Below, piece after piece: positions 48,687 to 59,697 of a stretch of 64,000 bases of DNA. Position 1 is the first letter of the stretch, and each line of letters starts with the position of its first letter. The translations under genes and the position numbers were made by a program. Under the pieces are notes generated by a model. It was not told where the DNA came from. It did no database searches and worked only from the letters and a program-made list of their open reading frames with translations. This DNA comes from Obrimoposthia wandeli (Eukaryota), in the NCBI GenBank assembly GCA_977020255.1, contig CDROCS010004052.1, positions 1 through 64,000 on the forward strand, written 5' to 3'.

Positions 48687-50735
48687 CTACTCATGCGTTA
48701 CTTTTAGTATTTCGCTGTTATCTCCCATGAATCTAACCAGCGCTTGCCAAGGCAGCGGCTTAGAAAAATAATAGCCTTGCAACATATCACAACCTAACTT
48801 TTTCAATAATTTATACTGCTGCTCTGTTTCAACTCCTTCTGCTATTGTGTGCAATCCATAGGATTGAGCAATAGAAATAATCGCTTTGACCATTGTTTCA
48901 GGCGCACGATTATCAGAGCATAAAAAGTCGACGAATGACTTATCTATTTTCAAGCAATCTACAGGATAATTTAGCAATTGATTAAATGCGGTATAACCCG
49001 TTCCGAAATCATCTAGTGCCAATGTTATCCCCATTGACTTTATATCTTGGAGTACTTGAATACTTCTGTCGTCTATTTCTATCAAACTTGTTTCTGTGAT
49101 TTCCAACTCAATCTGTTGTGGGTTTATTTGATAACTCGCTAATAAATCACTCAGCTTTTTGGTGAAATCGTAATTATGTAGCTCTGCTGCAGATATGTTA
49201 ATACAAAAGATTAAAGGCGTGTTGAGCACGAAGCTGCCCGCGCTTTTAATTTGTTTAAAAACAGCCTCTATCACCCATAAATCAATTTCTTCAATCAAAT
49301 TATACTTTTCGGCAATAGGGATAAAAATATCAGGCCCTATACCTTTTAAACTACCTGAATGGCTACGTAGCAGCACTTCTACATGCCGAGTGACGAAGTC
49401 AGACGATGATACGATTGGCATGTAATTCAATGTGAAATCATTTTCTTCTATTGCGGTTTTTATCTTGGCGACAACTGATTTACGAAAGAAAATTTCATCC
49501 GCAACGCTTTCATCAAATACTTTATATTGGTATTCACCTTTGTTTTTCGCGTAAACTAGGGCGGAATCGGCTCTGAGTAAAATGGATTCAAATGTGGTCA
49601 TCTGCGAGTCAATTGCCACCGCGCCAATACACACTTTAATATAGATTTTATGTTTTTTTATTAAGATCGGCTGATGGTATTCTTGCAGTATTGAAGCAAT
49701 AATATTGGTGGCTTTGAGCAGCGCATCTGTTTGTAATAAAAGAGCGTACTCACCTCCTGACAGACGCGCAATTTTATACTTCACCTTATGTTTTTTATTT
49801 AATAACTTGCATATTATTTTTGGAAACTCGATTAATAATTCATCGCCAATAAAATGCCCAAAGGTATCATTAACTTTTTTAAAGTTATCTATATTTATAT
49901 AAGCCAGGTAAAAACTGGTCGTCTCTTTATCGGTTAAAACATCGCTTTCAATGTAATTCTTTAACCCTCTTCTATTGAGTTTTCCTGTTAATACATCAGT
50001 AGATGATAACCGCGAATGTATATTTTTTTGACGCACTACTAACACTACGGCACTTAATAACCAGAGTAATAACACTAATTTAAGAAAGTCTTTTTCACTA
50101 ATTAACTCCCCATACAAAGTAATATCACTGACTGTTATTTGATAATCACCTGGTTTGGATAACCCTTGTGCTATGACCTCAACAAAGCCAACATTGGTTA
50201 CATCATGATAACTATTATCAAAATTTATTTTATATTCGCTCACCCACCAATTCTCCACTTGAAAGGCGCTCATAGGCACAATAATTCGATCAGCATGCTC
50301 AGTGGGGTTATAGGTTATGGTATTAAATTTGAGGGAGACAAAGTCATTGCTATTGGCGTATTTAGCATTGAAATTACGCAATGATACTTTTAATTTACCA
50401 CCCTCTATAAGTGATTTATATTTGATATTTAACGCAACACGATCATATACCGACAGATCAACACCTTGACTTAAATTGTCAGTTAATACATAGCTAATGC
50501 CACATAAATTGAACTCTTTGACTTGAGTCACACGACAGTTAGCAACAGAGCTGTCTTGCAATTGCTCTAATTTGACATGGGTTTCACCCATTGAAAGTAC
50601 TGTGGTTTCACGATGATTTTTATTGTCACTTAGTACGAGAGAAACGTTTAGCAAACCTAAACGGTGAGATGAGAAAGAAATAACAGATATAATTATCAGT
50701 ACAAAAACCGCCCTAATATTAAAATCAGCGAACAA
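48687..50735 (-). CDS. c-di-GMP phosphodiesterase: periplasmic beta-sandwich domain, TM, degenerate GGDEF, EAL
   Basis: Active-site GGDEF replaced by SGGEY; EVLLR and DDFGTGY intact; TTG start with SD AGAGG 7 nt upstream. Confidence 0.88.
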   Translation of the reverse strand: MFADFNIRAVFVLIIISVISFSSHRLGLLNVSLVLSDNKNHRETTVLSMGETHVKLEQLQDSSVANCRVTQVKEFNLCGISYVLTDNLSQGVDLSVYDRVALNIKYKSLIEGGKLKVSLRNFNAKYANSNDFVSLKFNTITYNPTEHADRIIVPMSAFQVENWWVSEYKINFDNSYHDVTNVGFVEVIAQGLSKPGDYQITVSDITLYGELISEKDFLKLVLLLWLLSAVVLVVRQKNIHSRLSSTDVLTGKLNRRGLKNYIESDVLTDKETTSFYLAYINIDNFKKVNDTFGHFIGDELLIEFPKIICKLLNKKHKVKYKIARLSGGEYALLLQTDALLKATNIIASILQEYHQPILIKKHKIYIKVCIGAVAIDSQMTTFESILLRADSALVYAKNKGEYQYKVFDESVADEIFFRKSVVAKIKTAIEENDFTLNYMPIVSSSDFVTRHVEVLLRSHSGSLKGIGPDIFIPIAEKYNLIEEIDLWVIEAVFKQIKSAGSFVLNTPLIFCINISAAELHNYDFTKKLSDLLASYQINPQQIELEITETSLIEIDDRSIQVLQDIKSMGITLALDDFGTGYTAFNQLLNYPVDCLKIDKSFVDFLCSDNRAPETMVKAIISIAQSYGLHTIAEGVETEQQYKLLKKLGCDMLQGYYFSKPLPWQALVRFMGDNSEILKVTHE

Positions 50736-50983
50736 AACATAACCTCTATTTTAAATAAGAAAAAACTGCTACCCGAAAATATGAACTTACTACAATAAAG
50801 TAAAGGGCCAATTCATGAGAATATCTATATAAATTATATATTAGCTAAGTGTAGTACTCTTTTTCAGCTATATTTGCTCAGCTTAAAGAGTATAGTTTCA
50901 TAATCAAATAACGCGCATTAAAATAAAAAATTAGCGCACTTCAGTGCACTAACAAAGAGAAATAACAGTAATTAAACCCAGCG

Positions 50984-51979
<996 letters not shown>

Positions 51980-52185
51980 TTTTAACTCCTGTTAGCTGCC
52001 TAAAAGCCATGAACGATGACTGTTGGCTGCTAAATATCTTATACGTCTGTCCTGCTAGTTCATTAGGTCGATACTCTATAAAACTTGCCTATTCCTACAA
52101 ATCGTTTCGCTACTGCTAAATTTTTTGCGCAGATCCTGTCATACTCAATGTGTAATAACTAACAACCTATGCACGGTGGTACTCT

Positions 52186-53094
52186 ATGGATAACTTGGTC
52201 TCTAAAGCGTTACATTTTTTATCGCAAGCAACAGTGATGACTATAGATGAACCCGCTTTAACTCTAGTAAGGTGTGATAAAAGCATGTCTGAGCGAGCAG
52301 CTGTTATTTATGATCCGTGTATTTACTTTGTATTACAGGGGAGTAAATCAGCGTTATTGCACGGTGAAGAATATATCTATGATGCAATGAATTATCTGGT
52401 GCTTTGTGTGCCATTGCCACTTGAGTGTAAAGTGCTACAAGCGAGTAATGATGAGCCTTATTTAGCCGTTAAAATTAACATCGATGTTGCTCTACTGACT
52501 GAATTAGTACAAGAACTTGAGCCTGCCCCTATTAATGAGACCCTAGTGCAGCCTGGAATTTTTGTTTCTCAAATGGAGTCACAAATAACATCCAGTCTAT
52601 CAAGATTATTGGATTATATTGACAATAAAAGCCAAGCCAAAGTACTGGGCAAGATAGCAATTAAAGAATTACTTTTTCACGTATTACAAGGGCCTCAAGG
52701 CGCCAAGTTACGCTCGTTTGCTTATCGTGATCGGCAAAATTTTCAAATAGCCCGTGCCATTGGATACATACAGAAAAACTTTGCACAAAATATCGAAGTT
52801 GCAGATTTAGCGGCGAAAGCTAATATGAGCCAATCATCATTCCATTCTTATTTTAAATTGATCACTCGCTCATCGCCCATTCAATATATAAAGGCAATTC
52901 GTTTACACGCAGCGCGCACCCAGATGATTCATGATAATTTTTCAGCAAGTAATGCTGCGTTCAATGTTGGATACGCCAGCCCATCACAATTTAGTCGCGA
53001 ATATCGCCGATTTTTTGGCGAATCCCCCTCTAGAGATACACGTAGCCAAATTAAGAAAATACAAATAGCTAACCCGCTTTCATCGGCCAGCTAA
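52186..53094 (+). CDS. AraC family regulator (AraC_N type), divergent from the AKR gene
   Basis: YDPCIYFVLQGSK, SPIQYIK.IRL and VGYASPSQFSREYRRFFG motifs. Confidence 0.92.
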   Translation: MDNLVSKALHFLSQATVMTIDEPALTLVRCDKSMSERAAVIYDPCIYFVLQGSKSALLHGEEYIYDAMNYLVLCVPLPLECKVLQASNDEPYLAVKINIDVALLTELVQELEPAPINETLVQPGIFVSQMESQITSSLSRLLDYIDNKSQAKVLGKIAIKELLFHVLQGPQGAKLRSFAYRDRQNFQIARAIGYIQKNFAQNIEVADLAAKANMSQSSFHSYFKLITRSSPIQYIKAIRLHAARTQMIHDNFSASNAAFNVGYASPSQFSREYRRFFGESPSRDTRSQIKKIQIANPLSSAS

Positions 53095-53259
53095 GCCTTA
53101 CCAGAACGCTCGTTTATTGCAAATATTAGCATCGACGGAGTTATTTTTAACTACTGACACATCCTGTCACTAGCGTTGTTGCATACTTATAATCACACGC
53201 TACATAATTTTATTAGCGATCACCTACTGATTTTGGGTTCATAACAATAAAGGAGCACT

Positions 53260-53961
53260 ATGATTTATTTACACAGTTTCGGAAAGAATTTAGGCGTACT
53301 TGACCCTAGCCCATTTGTGATGAAAGTCGATGCTTTTTTGCGCATGGCTGGCATCGAGTTTGAACATGTCTCATCAATAAAAAACTTAAAACATGCACCT
53401 AAAGGTAAACTCCCTTATGTTGTGGATGCTGATAACACCATTGCAGATTCACAAGCAATAATTGAATATTTTCAACAACAGCAAAACTATAACTTAGATA
53501 ACCATTTAAATGATCAACAACGCGCCCAGAGCTACTTACTCACTAAATCGTTAGATGAAAATCTATATAACATTCTGGTTTATTCAAGATGGTGTCGTGA
53601 CGATACTTGGCCAATAATTGAAAAGGCTTTTTTTTCAAGATTACCTTTACCTGTTAAGTTTTTACTTCCTAAAATAATACGCAGACACACCATGAAAGGC
53701 CTTTATGCACAGGGAATAGCCAGACACTCAGATCAAGAACTACAAGCGATGATGCGCAAAAACATGCAATCGCTGAGTGAGTTACTGGCAAATAATGATT
53801 ATTTTTTTAATGACAGCCCCTCTTCATTTGATGCAGCGGCTTTTGGGCTGTTGAGCGCTTTCATAAAAGTAAATATTGATAACCCTTTCAATCGTATTGC
53901 GAGAGATCACCAAAACTTGGCTGATTTTTGTCAGCGAATAGAGAACAAATACTACAGTTAA
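53260..53961 (+). CDS. Glutathione S-transferase family protein (metaxin/Tom37-like)
   Basis: SPFVMKV, PKGKLPY, DSQAII and DAAAFG motifs. Confidence 0.88.
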   Translation: MIYLHSFGKNLGVLDPSPFVMKVDAFLRMAGIEFEHVSSIKNLKHAPKGKLPYVVDADNTIADSQAIIEYFQQQQNYNLDNHLNDQQRAQSYLLTKSLDENLYNILVYSRWCRDDTWPIIEKAFFSRLPLPVKFLLPKIIRRHTMKGLYAQGIARHSDQELQAMMRKNMQSLSELLANNDYFFNDSPSSFDAAAFGLLSAFIKVNIDNPFNRIARDHQNLADFCQRIENKYYS

Positions 53962-54213
53962 GTGATTAACCATAAATAACTATCTGTGTGCAACCCCTTT
54001 GCTTTATCAAAAGTTCGTACACCTTGTTGTAGTCGAGAAATAAAGACTCATACTCAATAGCTCTACAGACTCTAATTTCAGGCTTTTAAATCACAGTATC
54101 GAAAAATAAAGTATCATACTGAGAGTGGTCTATCTTAAAAGCGGGGTGTTTTTTAGTAAAAAAATTGCATACTAAAATACTGTAATGTTACATGATTGCT
54201 AAGTGTTATCGGT

Positions 54214-54240
54214 GGCAGCTAACGGCCAAAAGGAGACATT
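54214..54240. repeat. Short degenerate hairpin repeat, copy R1
   Basis: GGCAGCT-AACGGCC-AAAAGGAGACATT; related to the copies at 55853, 55901, 59561 and 59672. Confidence 0.5.
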
Positions 54241-54473
54241 TTGGGTGTGAGAAGCAATAATCTACTTTCTGTGTTTTTATACAGTGAATCAATAAATTCC
54301 ACATTAATAGATAGTTTTTGTACCATCGTGGCGCACTTTGCTACAAAGTGATATTCTCGATTCTTTTTAAATTCAGTTAGTTAAACTACTCTCGTTGATA
54401 GATAGTGGGACAGTAGTTCGGGAAAAGTAAGACGTCTCGAAAACTACAACTTTCAATTTAAAAATCACTTACA

Positions 54474-54538
54474 AATTAACACGTTGTCTGACCATCACTT
54501 TCACGTAAATGAAACATCGCACAATCAAGCTGTTCTGA
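54474..54538 (+). mobile_element. Degenerate attC-like site or insertion point upstream of the RDD cassette
   Basis: AATTAAC-ACGTTG...CAAGCT-GTTCTGA with inner TTTCA/TGAAA hairpin. GTTC (54532) complements the GAAC at the 3' end of the RDD cassette. Confidence 0.4.
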
Positions 54539-54552
54539 GTAAAGGAGAAGTA

Positions 54553-55134
54553 ATGGAATTTTTACCCATTGAAATAAATAATGAAAAAGTTTATGCGGGT
54601 TTTGGTAAGCGCTTGGGCTCAGCCATTGTCGATATGCTGGTTTTTATACCATTCATGTTTTTATTTCACTTTATTGAAAGCTCATCTCTTTTGATGGCAA
54701 TGGTTAGTGTGGTTCTATCGAGCTTATTTTTTAGTGCATATACTATTTTTTTCCATTACAAATTTGGTGCTACTCTCGGAAAAATGGCATTGGGCATCAA
54801 AGTCACATTACCTAATGGAGAAAAAATTGGCTTAAAGCAAGCACTCCTTAGATCTTCGGTGGATTTGGCTTTCGCACTATTTATGGTTATTGCTCAAGTG
54901 ATAGCAATATCCAGCGCAGACCCCGAGGTTTATCTAAATGCTGGCTGGATGGAGCGTACTGAATATATTGTTCCACTATTCCCTGTTTGGTATGGTGTCG
55001 TAAACATAGCTAGCGAACTATGGTACTGGGGAGAGTTTATAGTATTGCTATTCAATAAAAGAAAAAGAGCTTTGCATGATTTTATTGCTGGCACTGTAGT
55101 TATCCGAAAAGAATATGCGGAACAAGTCAATTAA
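54553..55134 (+). CDS. RDD family membrane protein (integron gene cassette 1)
   Basis: YAGFGKRLGSAIVD, GATLGKMALGIKV and RALHDFIAGTVVI motifs. ATG 54553 with SD AAGGAG; 3' end overlaps an attC. Confidence 0.9.
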   Translation: MEFLPIEINNEKVYAGFGKRLGSAIVDMLVFIPFMFLFHFIESSSLLMAMVSVVLSSLFFSAYTIFFHYKFGATLGKMALGIKVTLPNGEKIGLKQALLRSSVDLAFALFMVIAQVIAISSADPEVYLNAGWMERTEYIVPLFPVWYGVVNIASELWYWGEFIVLLFNKRKRALHDFIAGTVVIRKEYAEQVN

Positions 55135-55205
55135 TTACACGCTTTCAGCGTCAGACAGCTTAATCGTGGCTTCGCCACAGGCTACTGATTATTGATGCGT
55201 TATAA
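55117..55205 (+). mobile_element. attC site 1 (89 bp)
   Basis: R'' GCGGAAC; L'' AAT[T]AAT pairs with L' ATTATT leaving one extrahelical base; inner hairpin GTGGC-TTC-GCCAC; R' GTTATAA. Confidence 0.75.
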
Positions 55206-55220
55206 CTACAAGGAAGTATT

Positions 55221-55760
55221 GTGATACACGAAAGTTATTACTGGAAACAGCCTCTGTTAGAAAGCTCTGAGAAGTTCAAAGCTTTCAAAGAGCTTTTTGA
55301 TATAGATGAAGAGACCTATGTAAAAATAGAAAAGGATATTTTTATTGGTTTTTATGCCATTAGAAAGCTAATAGAAACTGAAACCAAAGTAACTGATGAT
55401 CTAAAGTCTGCAAAGCATAATATATCGTGGTTTGAACATGTTGGTGATGAAGTCACTTGGCGCAATAATCATAAAGTTGATCAGCTCTACAACCTTGAAA
55501 AATCTCATTCTGAAAAAAGAGACCTCTGGTTCATTGCAAGTCGTATAACACATAGCTTCATTTTCAATTTATGCGTCAATGAAACTGGCGGATTCGATGG
55601 TATTCTGTTTACTTCAGACAGTGATAAAAACAAGAAACTGTATACCCTATCTCTTAATGAAATCATTAATTTATTCGAACTCGTAGGTAATAATGACGTA
55701 ACAGAAATAAAATGGCATCGCTGCCCAGAAACAGACAAAGAAGTCACTAGTTCAAAGTAG
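55221..55760 (+). CDS. Hypothetical protein (integron gene cassette 2)
   Basis: 179-aa ORF; GTG start with SD AAGGA about 20 nt after the GTT crossover; stop codon directly abuts the next attC. No motif recognised. Confidence 0.8.
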   Translation: MIHESYYWKQPLLESSEKFKAFKELFDIDEETYVKIEKDIFIGFYAIRKLIETETKVTDDLKSAKHNISWFEHVGDEVTWRNNHKVDQLYNLEKSHSEKRDLWFIASRITHSFIFNLCVNETGGFDGILFTSDSDKNKKLYTLSLNEIINLFELVGNNDVTEIKWHRCPETDKEVTSSK

Positions 55761-55843
55761 CTATAACAAGCAATTAAAAATCGTGCAACAAAAACACGTT
55801 GCACTGGACTCTCTATCGCTCGCCGTTTATTGCTGCGTTAATC
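55761..55843 (+). mobile_element. attC site 2 (83 bp)
   Basis: R'' CTATAAC complements GTTATAA at the cassette 5' end (6/7); AAGCA-AT[T]AAA pairs with TTTAT-TGCT; inner perfect hairpin GTGCAAC/GTTGCAC; R' GTTAATC. Confidence 0.85.
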
Positions 55844-55852
55844 TTTATCTGA

Positions 55853-55928
55853 AATGTCTGCTTTGTGTCAGGTCCTGCCTTTATCTCTATGAAGCACTAG
55901 ATGCGGGAAACGGCCTGAAGCGGCCATT
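55853..55928. repeat. Pair of short degenerate hairpin repeats (R2, R2b)
   Basis: AATGTCTGCT-TTGTGTC-AGGTCCTGCCTT (55853-55881) and ATGCGGGA-AACGGCC-TGAAGCGGCCATT (55901-55928). Confidence 0.5.
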
Positions 55929-58628
55929 ATCATCCGAGATTAACTCTGCTGAGAGCATCCAATATCACTAATAACATCTATCAGCATGAATTATTTAAAG
56001 TGCATTTTTACCACTAGGATAATTATTTAGAATGAAAAGCTTTTTCAAATTAATTGTACAAAGCGGAATTATTTCTTCCGTACTTACTTTTCTTTATGTA
56101 CTTTCAGCCACCTTAGTAACCATAATATCCTTTATTTTAAATGGTAATGAAATTTTGGATGTTTTAAAAAGTATAGATTTATATTCATTATCTGTTATGT
56201 AATAATTCAGAGGATTGCATCCTTGCCTGGGTATAATTCCTGGTTCATGGACTAATTCGTTATATATACATGAAATTAATAAAATAATTGTTAGGTAATG
56301 ATTTACCATAGTTCCAGATCGGTGAGTAAACCAGAGTCATCCTTCGAAAGCCTATATTGAAGTATTTATCTGATAAACAGAAATCGAAGCCAAGATTTAA
56401 CTTCTGATATCTACTCACGTATGCTAACTGTGAAACCCTGTTTTATTTGAAATATTCATTTGTTCGTGCGTTTTTTGTTTTAGTATGCTGTAGGCAGAAA
56501 TAAGCAGGGCAATGTCGGTTAAGTTGAACGTTGGTGGTAACGGCCGCCGATTTTCAAGCAATCGTCATCTAAGAATTCTAATCGCCTCTATTTTAATTCA
56601 AACAAAGTGTTTCAAAAGATGCAAGAAATTCAGAAAACAATTGGCAAACAAATTATCATGCATACATTTGCTTCATTTTTTCCTTTCAGTTTCTAGTAGT
56701 ATTATCAAAATCGAAACACTGAACTTCAGGTACTCGTGCGCAATGTGTTGTTCTTCCATTTTAGCTTTGATTTTTGGCGTTATATCTTTGTGTGCATGAA
56801 AATATTTTTTTGGAACTCTAAATTGACCTTATGGCATTGAGATGCTAATCAGCTTTTGGTGGGTTGGTTTACGGCTACGTTGGCGTCTTGTGCTCTAATT
56901 GGCTTGAAGGCTGCAGATGCCTGAGCGGCTTTGTCTGGGCGTGTTGCGGGAAAACAATTTTGTGTAACCGTTTATCATTATAAAACAGTAGGTGGCTTTT
57001 CATGATAAACCTGGCTTCAAAAGATATTCTGAATGTTGATATCATCGCGGCTTCAGAAACTAACAGGGAGTAAACGGACAGCAAGGGTTGCTATTCTGGA
57101 GCCAAAAGCACCAGCTCACTAACAAATTGCTTCCCTGAAGTAATTAAGGAGTCCGTTTTAATTGATCAGCTCCAGTCTTAACATGAATAAACTTTAAACC
57201 GCGATGGCTGAAATCGGCCAATATAATCATTTAGTCAAACTAGGACCTAACAACAGCCTGGGTTGTTGTTTGCTCCAACAAAAACTAACACCAAACGGCA
57301 TTCGACACCTGCTCTCGTTGAAGTTGAGAGGATTGTTTTGGTATGAGGCCGGAGAATAAATAGCAAGCCTGTGACAGTTGCAGGGGTGCCAAATGACTTT
57401 GTTGCGACGGAGAATATTACCTTAAACAACAGGTTAATATTAGAGAGCCGGAGCAATCACGGTTAATGAAAAAGAAAAAAGCAGAGCTAAAATATAATAT
57501 ACGAAAGCGGTCTTTCAACTTTCGCCTGATCCCAGGGCTTTATAAATAAGGGATTAACAAAAATTGAATAAACTTGACGGGAATTGGAATATTGCCATAA
57601 TAAAATGTCTTAACTGGTATTGCAGACTGGTAGCGAAAACTCAGATCTGGAAGCCGTTAATTGACGGCGTTTAAGAAAACTGACTATAGTCTAAGTTAAA
57701 TTGATCTTATTGGTCCGATATTTTATAGATGCGATAGTGAAAGGCGTTTTCAGCTTATGGTACTTCGGAGTTGCTACGCACAGCCATGTCAAACCCTGCC
57801 ACGCCTCTAACCTATAATGAAAATCAGCCAAGAAAACTGACTCTTTTGATCTAAATATTACACCTTCTTCAGATTATAAAGAAATGTCTTATTTAAAATT
57901 TACTTGAAATAATTATAAACAACTGTGTGTGTATGAAACTTTTTAAAGTTCTATTGAATTATGGATGATAAATAAAATGATTCATTTTTTGTGCCTTTGG
58001 GCATGTTAAGAGCTGTCTCCTGTTTTTGAGAGTCTGTCATGGACGTGGCATGAAATAAATACCATAACTCACCCAGCATATCAAGTACCAATTATACGGT
58101 CTGCTAAAGTTAATAAAGTCAGGTCCATACTGGGTTGGGGAGCGATGATTTTATCAGTATGCATTTTTTTGGTAAAAATAGTTACATTTCCACTTTCGAT
58201 GTATGAATCGAAGATTTTCCAAACTTAAAACTGAAGTTTAATGGACTCCAAAATTTTTTTATCTATAACAATAGAATATTATACATTCCACTATTTTAAA
58301 CCATAATTTCGTAGCACGTTGTTTCGTACGTGGGTAGACATTTGGCAGACCTTGCCGGTCGACAATTTGCCTGATAGAACAACGGCAGACGTTGTTTTTC
58401 CCAACTGGGGTGTATGGGCAAGCTGCGAATGCTTGTCTTGTCATTCAGCGTGATAATTTCTACCACATGATTTTCAGCGAAAAGGATCGCTCTCAAAGTC
58501 CGTCTTGATGAAACATCTAATATCACCAGAAACGACTTTTTACAAACTGTAATAAATTATAAAATAAGCATGACATCTTAAGATTTACGCTCACAATCGC
58601 GTGCTCAAAACGTTAACCACGCAAGATC

Positions 58629-59012
58629 ATGGAGGGTCACTGCTGGGTCTTTGGTAAAATATCTAACAAGATTGGTATACCCTTTAATAAGTCAAGACTG
58701 ATTGAACCCAAATCAAAATACCAATTTAGACGTGAAAGTAATTATTGGGCATTTTCTACTAAAGAGTTATTAGATTCAGTAAACAATATAGACCACTTGA
58801 ACAAACTGTTAGATCTTCTATCGGGTAAAGAATTGGAAATGCAGGCGCTTCGAGATGCAGGCTGTTCGACTGACATATTTTGTTTTTGGAGCTCTAATGG
58901 ACAAGGAGGCCCTAGTCTCGATGTCGAACTGATGAATCGCATAGTTAATTTTGGTTTGAAAATAACTTGGGATCAATATGTTTTTGATGAAAATGAATCA
59001 GGCCATGGATAA
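58629..59012 (+). CDS. DUF4279-like protein, probably N-terminally truncated
   Basis: W.FST...HLNKLLDLL...DIFCFWSSNGQGGPSL..ELM..I...GL.I.WD.Y pattern; the expected N-terminal strand is missing. Confidence 0.55.
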   Translation: MEGHCWVFGKISNKIGIPFNKSRLIEPKSKYQFRRESNYWAFSTKELLDSVNNIDHLNKLLDLLSGKELEMQALRDAGCSTDIFCFWSSNGQGGPSLDVELMNRIVNFGLKITWDQYVFDENESGHG

Positions 59013-59102
59013 TGATTGAATTCTAATCTGAAGCTTTCCAGCACTGAATATATCTGCTCGTGAGGTGAAATGGCGCTTTGTTGTGCTTGAACTTGGGATC
59101 TT

Positions 59103-59490
59103 GTGCGGTTGATCGGGAGTGTACCAAATAAGGTCTCTCCTCAGAATATTGAGGATTTCACCTTAGCATGGAGATGGACAAGCTCGTCACATGCCAAGTT
59201 TTCGGCTAAAACCTTAAGTGAGCTTCAGCCTTTAAATATCGAACTAGCAAATGAATTAGCGTCTAACTTACTTGTTGATTTTCCTGTTGAAGCCGCTAAA
59301 TTTGATGCTTCCAATGATCAATTAACGAAAATTTGGTTACGAAGAATCGAATTTGAACCTCGGTATTGCTTCACAGTAGTTACGTATTGCTATACAGAAA
59401 CTTTTGATTTCTTAGTTTAATCTTTTGTAAATCTGATGGGATGATTTTGTTGCATCCATCAAACGATGATGTAGATAATTAATTCTTAGA
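59103..59490 (+). pseudogene. Frameshifted hypothetical gene (DF.LAWRWT...WDDF..PS.DD family)
   Basis: The 105-aa ORF ends at 59420, but protein-like sequence (WDDF; HPSNDDV in another frame) continues to about 59490. Confidence 0.4.
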
Positions 59491-59560
59491 AGCAATTAAA
59501 ATGCGCTTTTACAGAAGTAATTTTGAGCAATTTCAAGCGCGCTTTCCGATAAACAAAGAA

Positions 59561-59697
59561 AACGGCAGCTTTGTGTCATTTGCAAAACTTTCTAAAATGC
59601 CCTGGCTGCCTCATTCAGTTTTTGATAATGCTTGGTATAGATAAGCCTTCATTCCTCGACCACATTGCTGAGCACTACTTTTCGCCAGAGCGGAAGT
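59561..59697. repeat. Pair of short degenerate hairpin repeats (R3, R4)
   Basis: AACGGCAGCT-TTGTGTC-ATTTGCAAAACTT (59561-59590) and GCACTACT-TTTCGCC-AGAGCGGAAGT (59672-59697). Confidence 0.5.

Noticed and set aside
50733-50745. Frameshift at the start of the EAL gene (out-of-frame ATG at 50740)
   Set aside because: The SD AGAGG is 2 nt from that ATG but 7 nt from the in-frame TTG 50735, so the TTG start explains it without an error.
58263-58330. CTATAAC as the start of another attC
   Set aside because: No complementary L'/R' boxes follow and there is no upstream ORF end.
56094-58526. Short ORFs of 60-95 aa in the track (56094, 56512, 56875, 57247, 58259, 58296)
   Set aside because: Mostly non-ATG starts, no SD and no motifs; treated as noise within decayed DNA.
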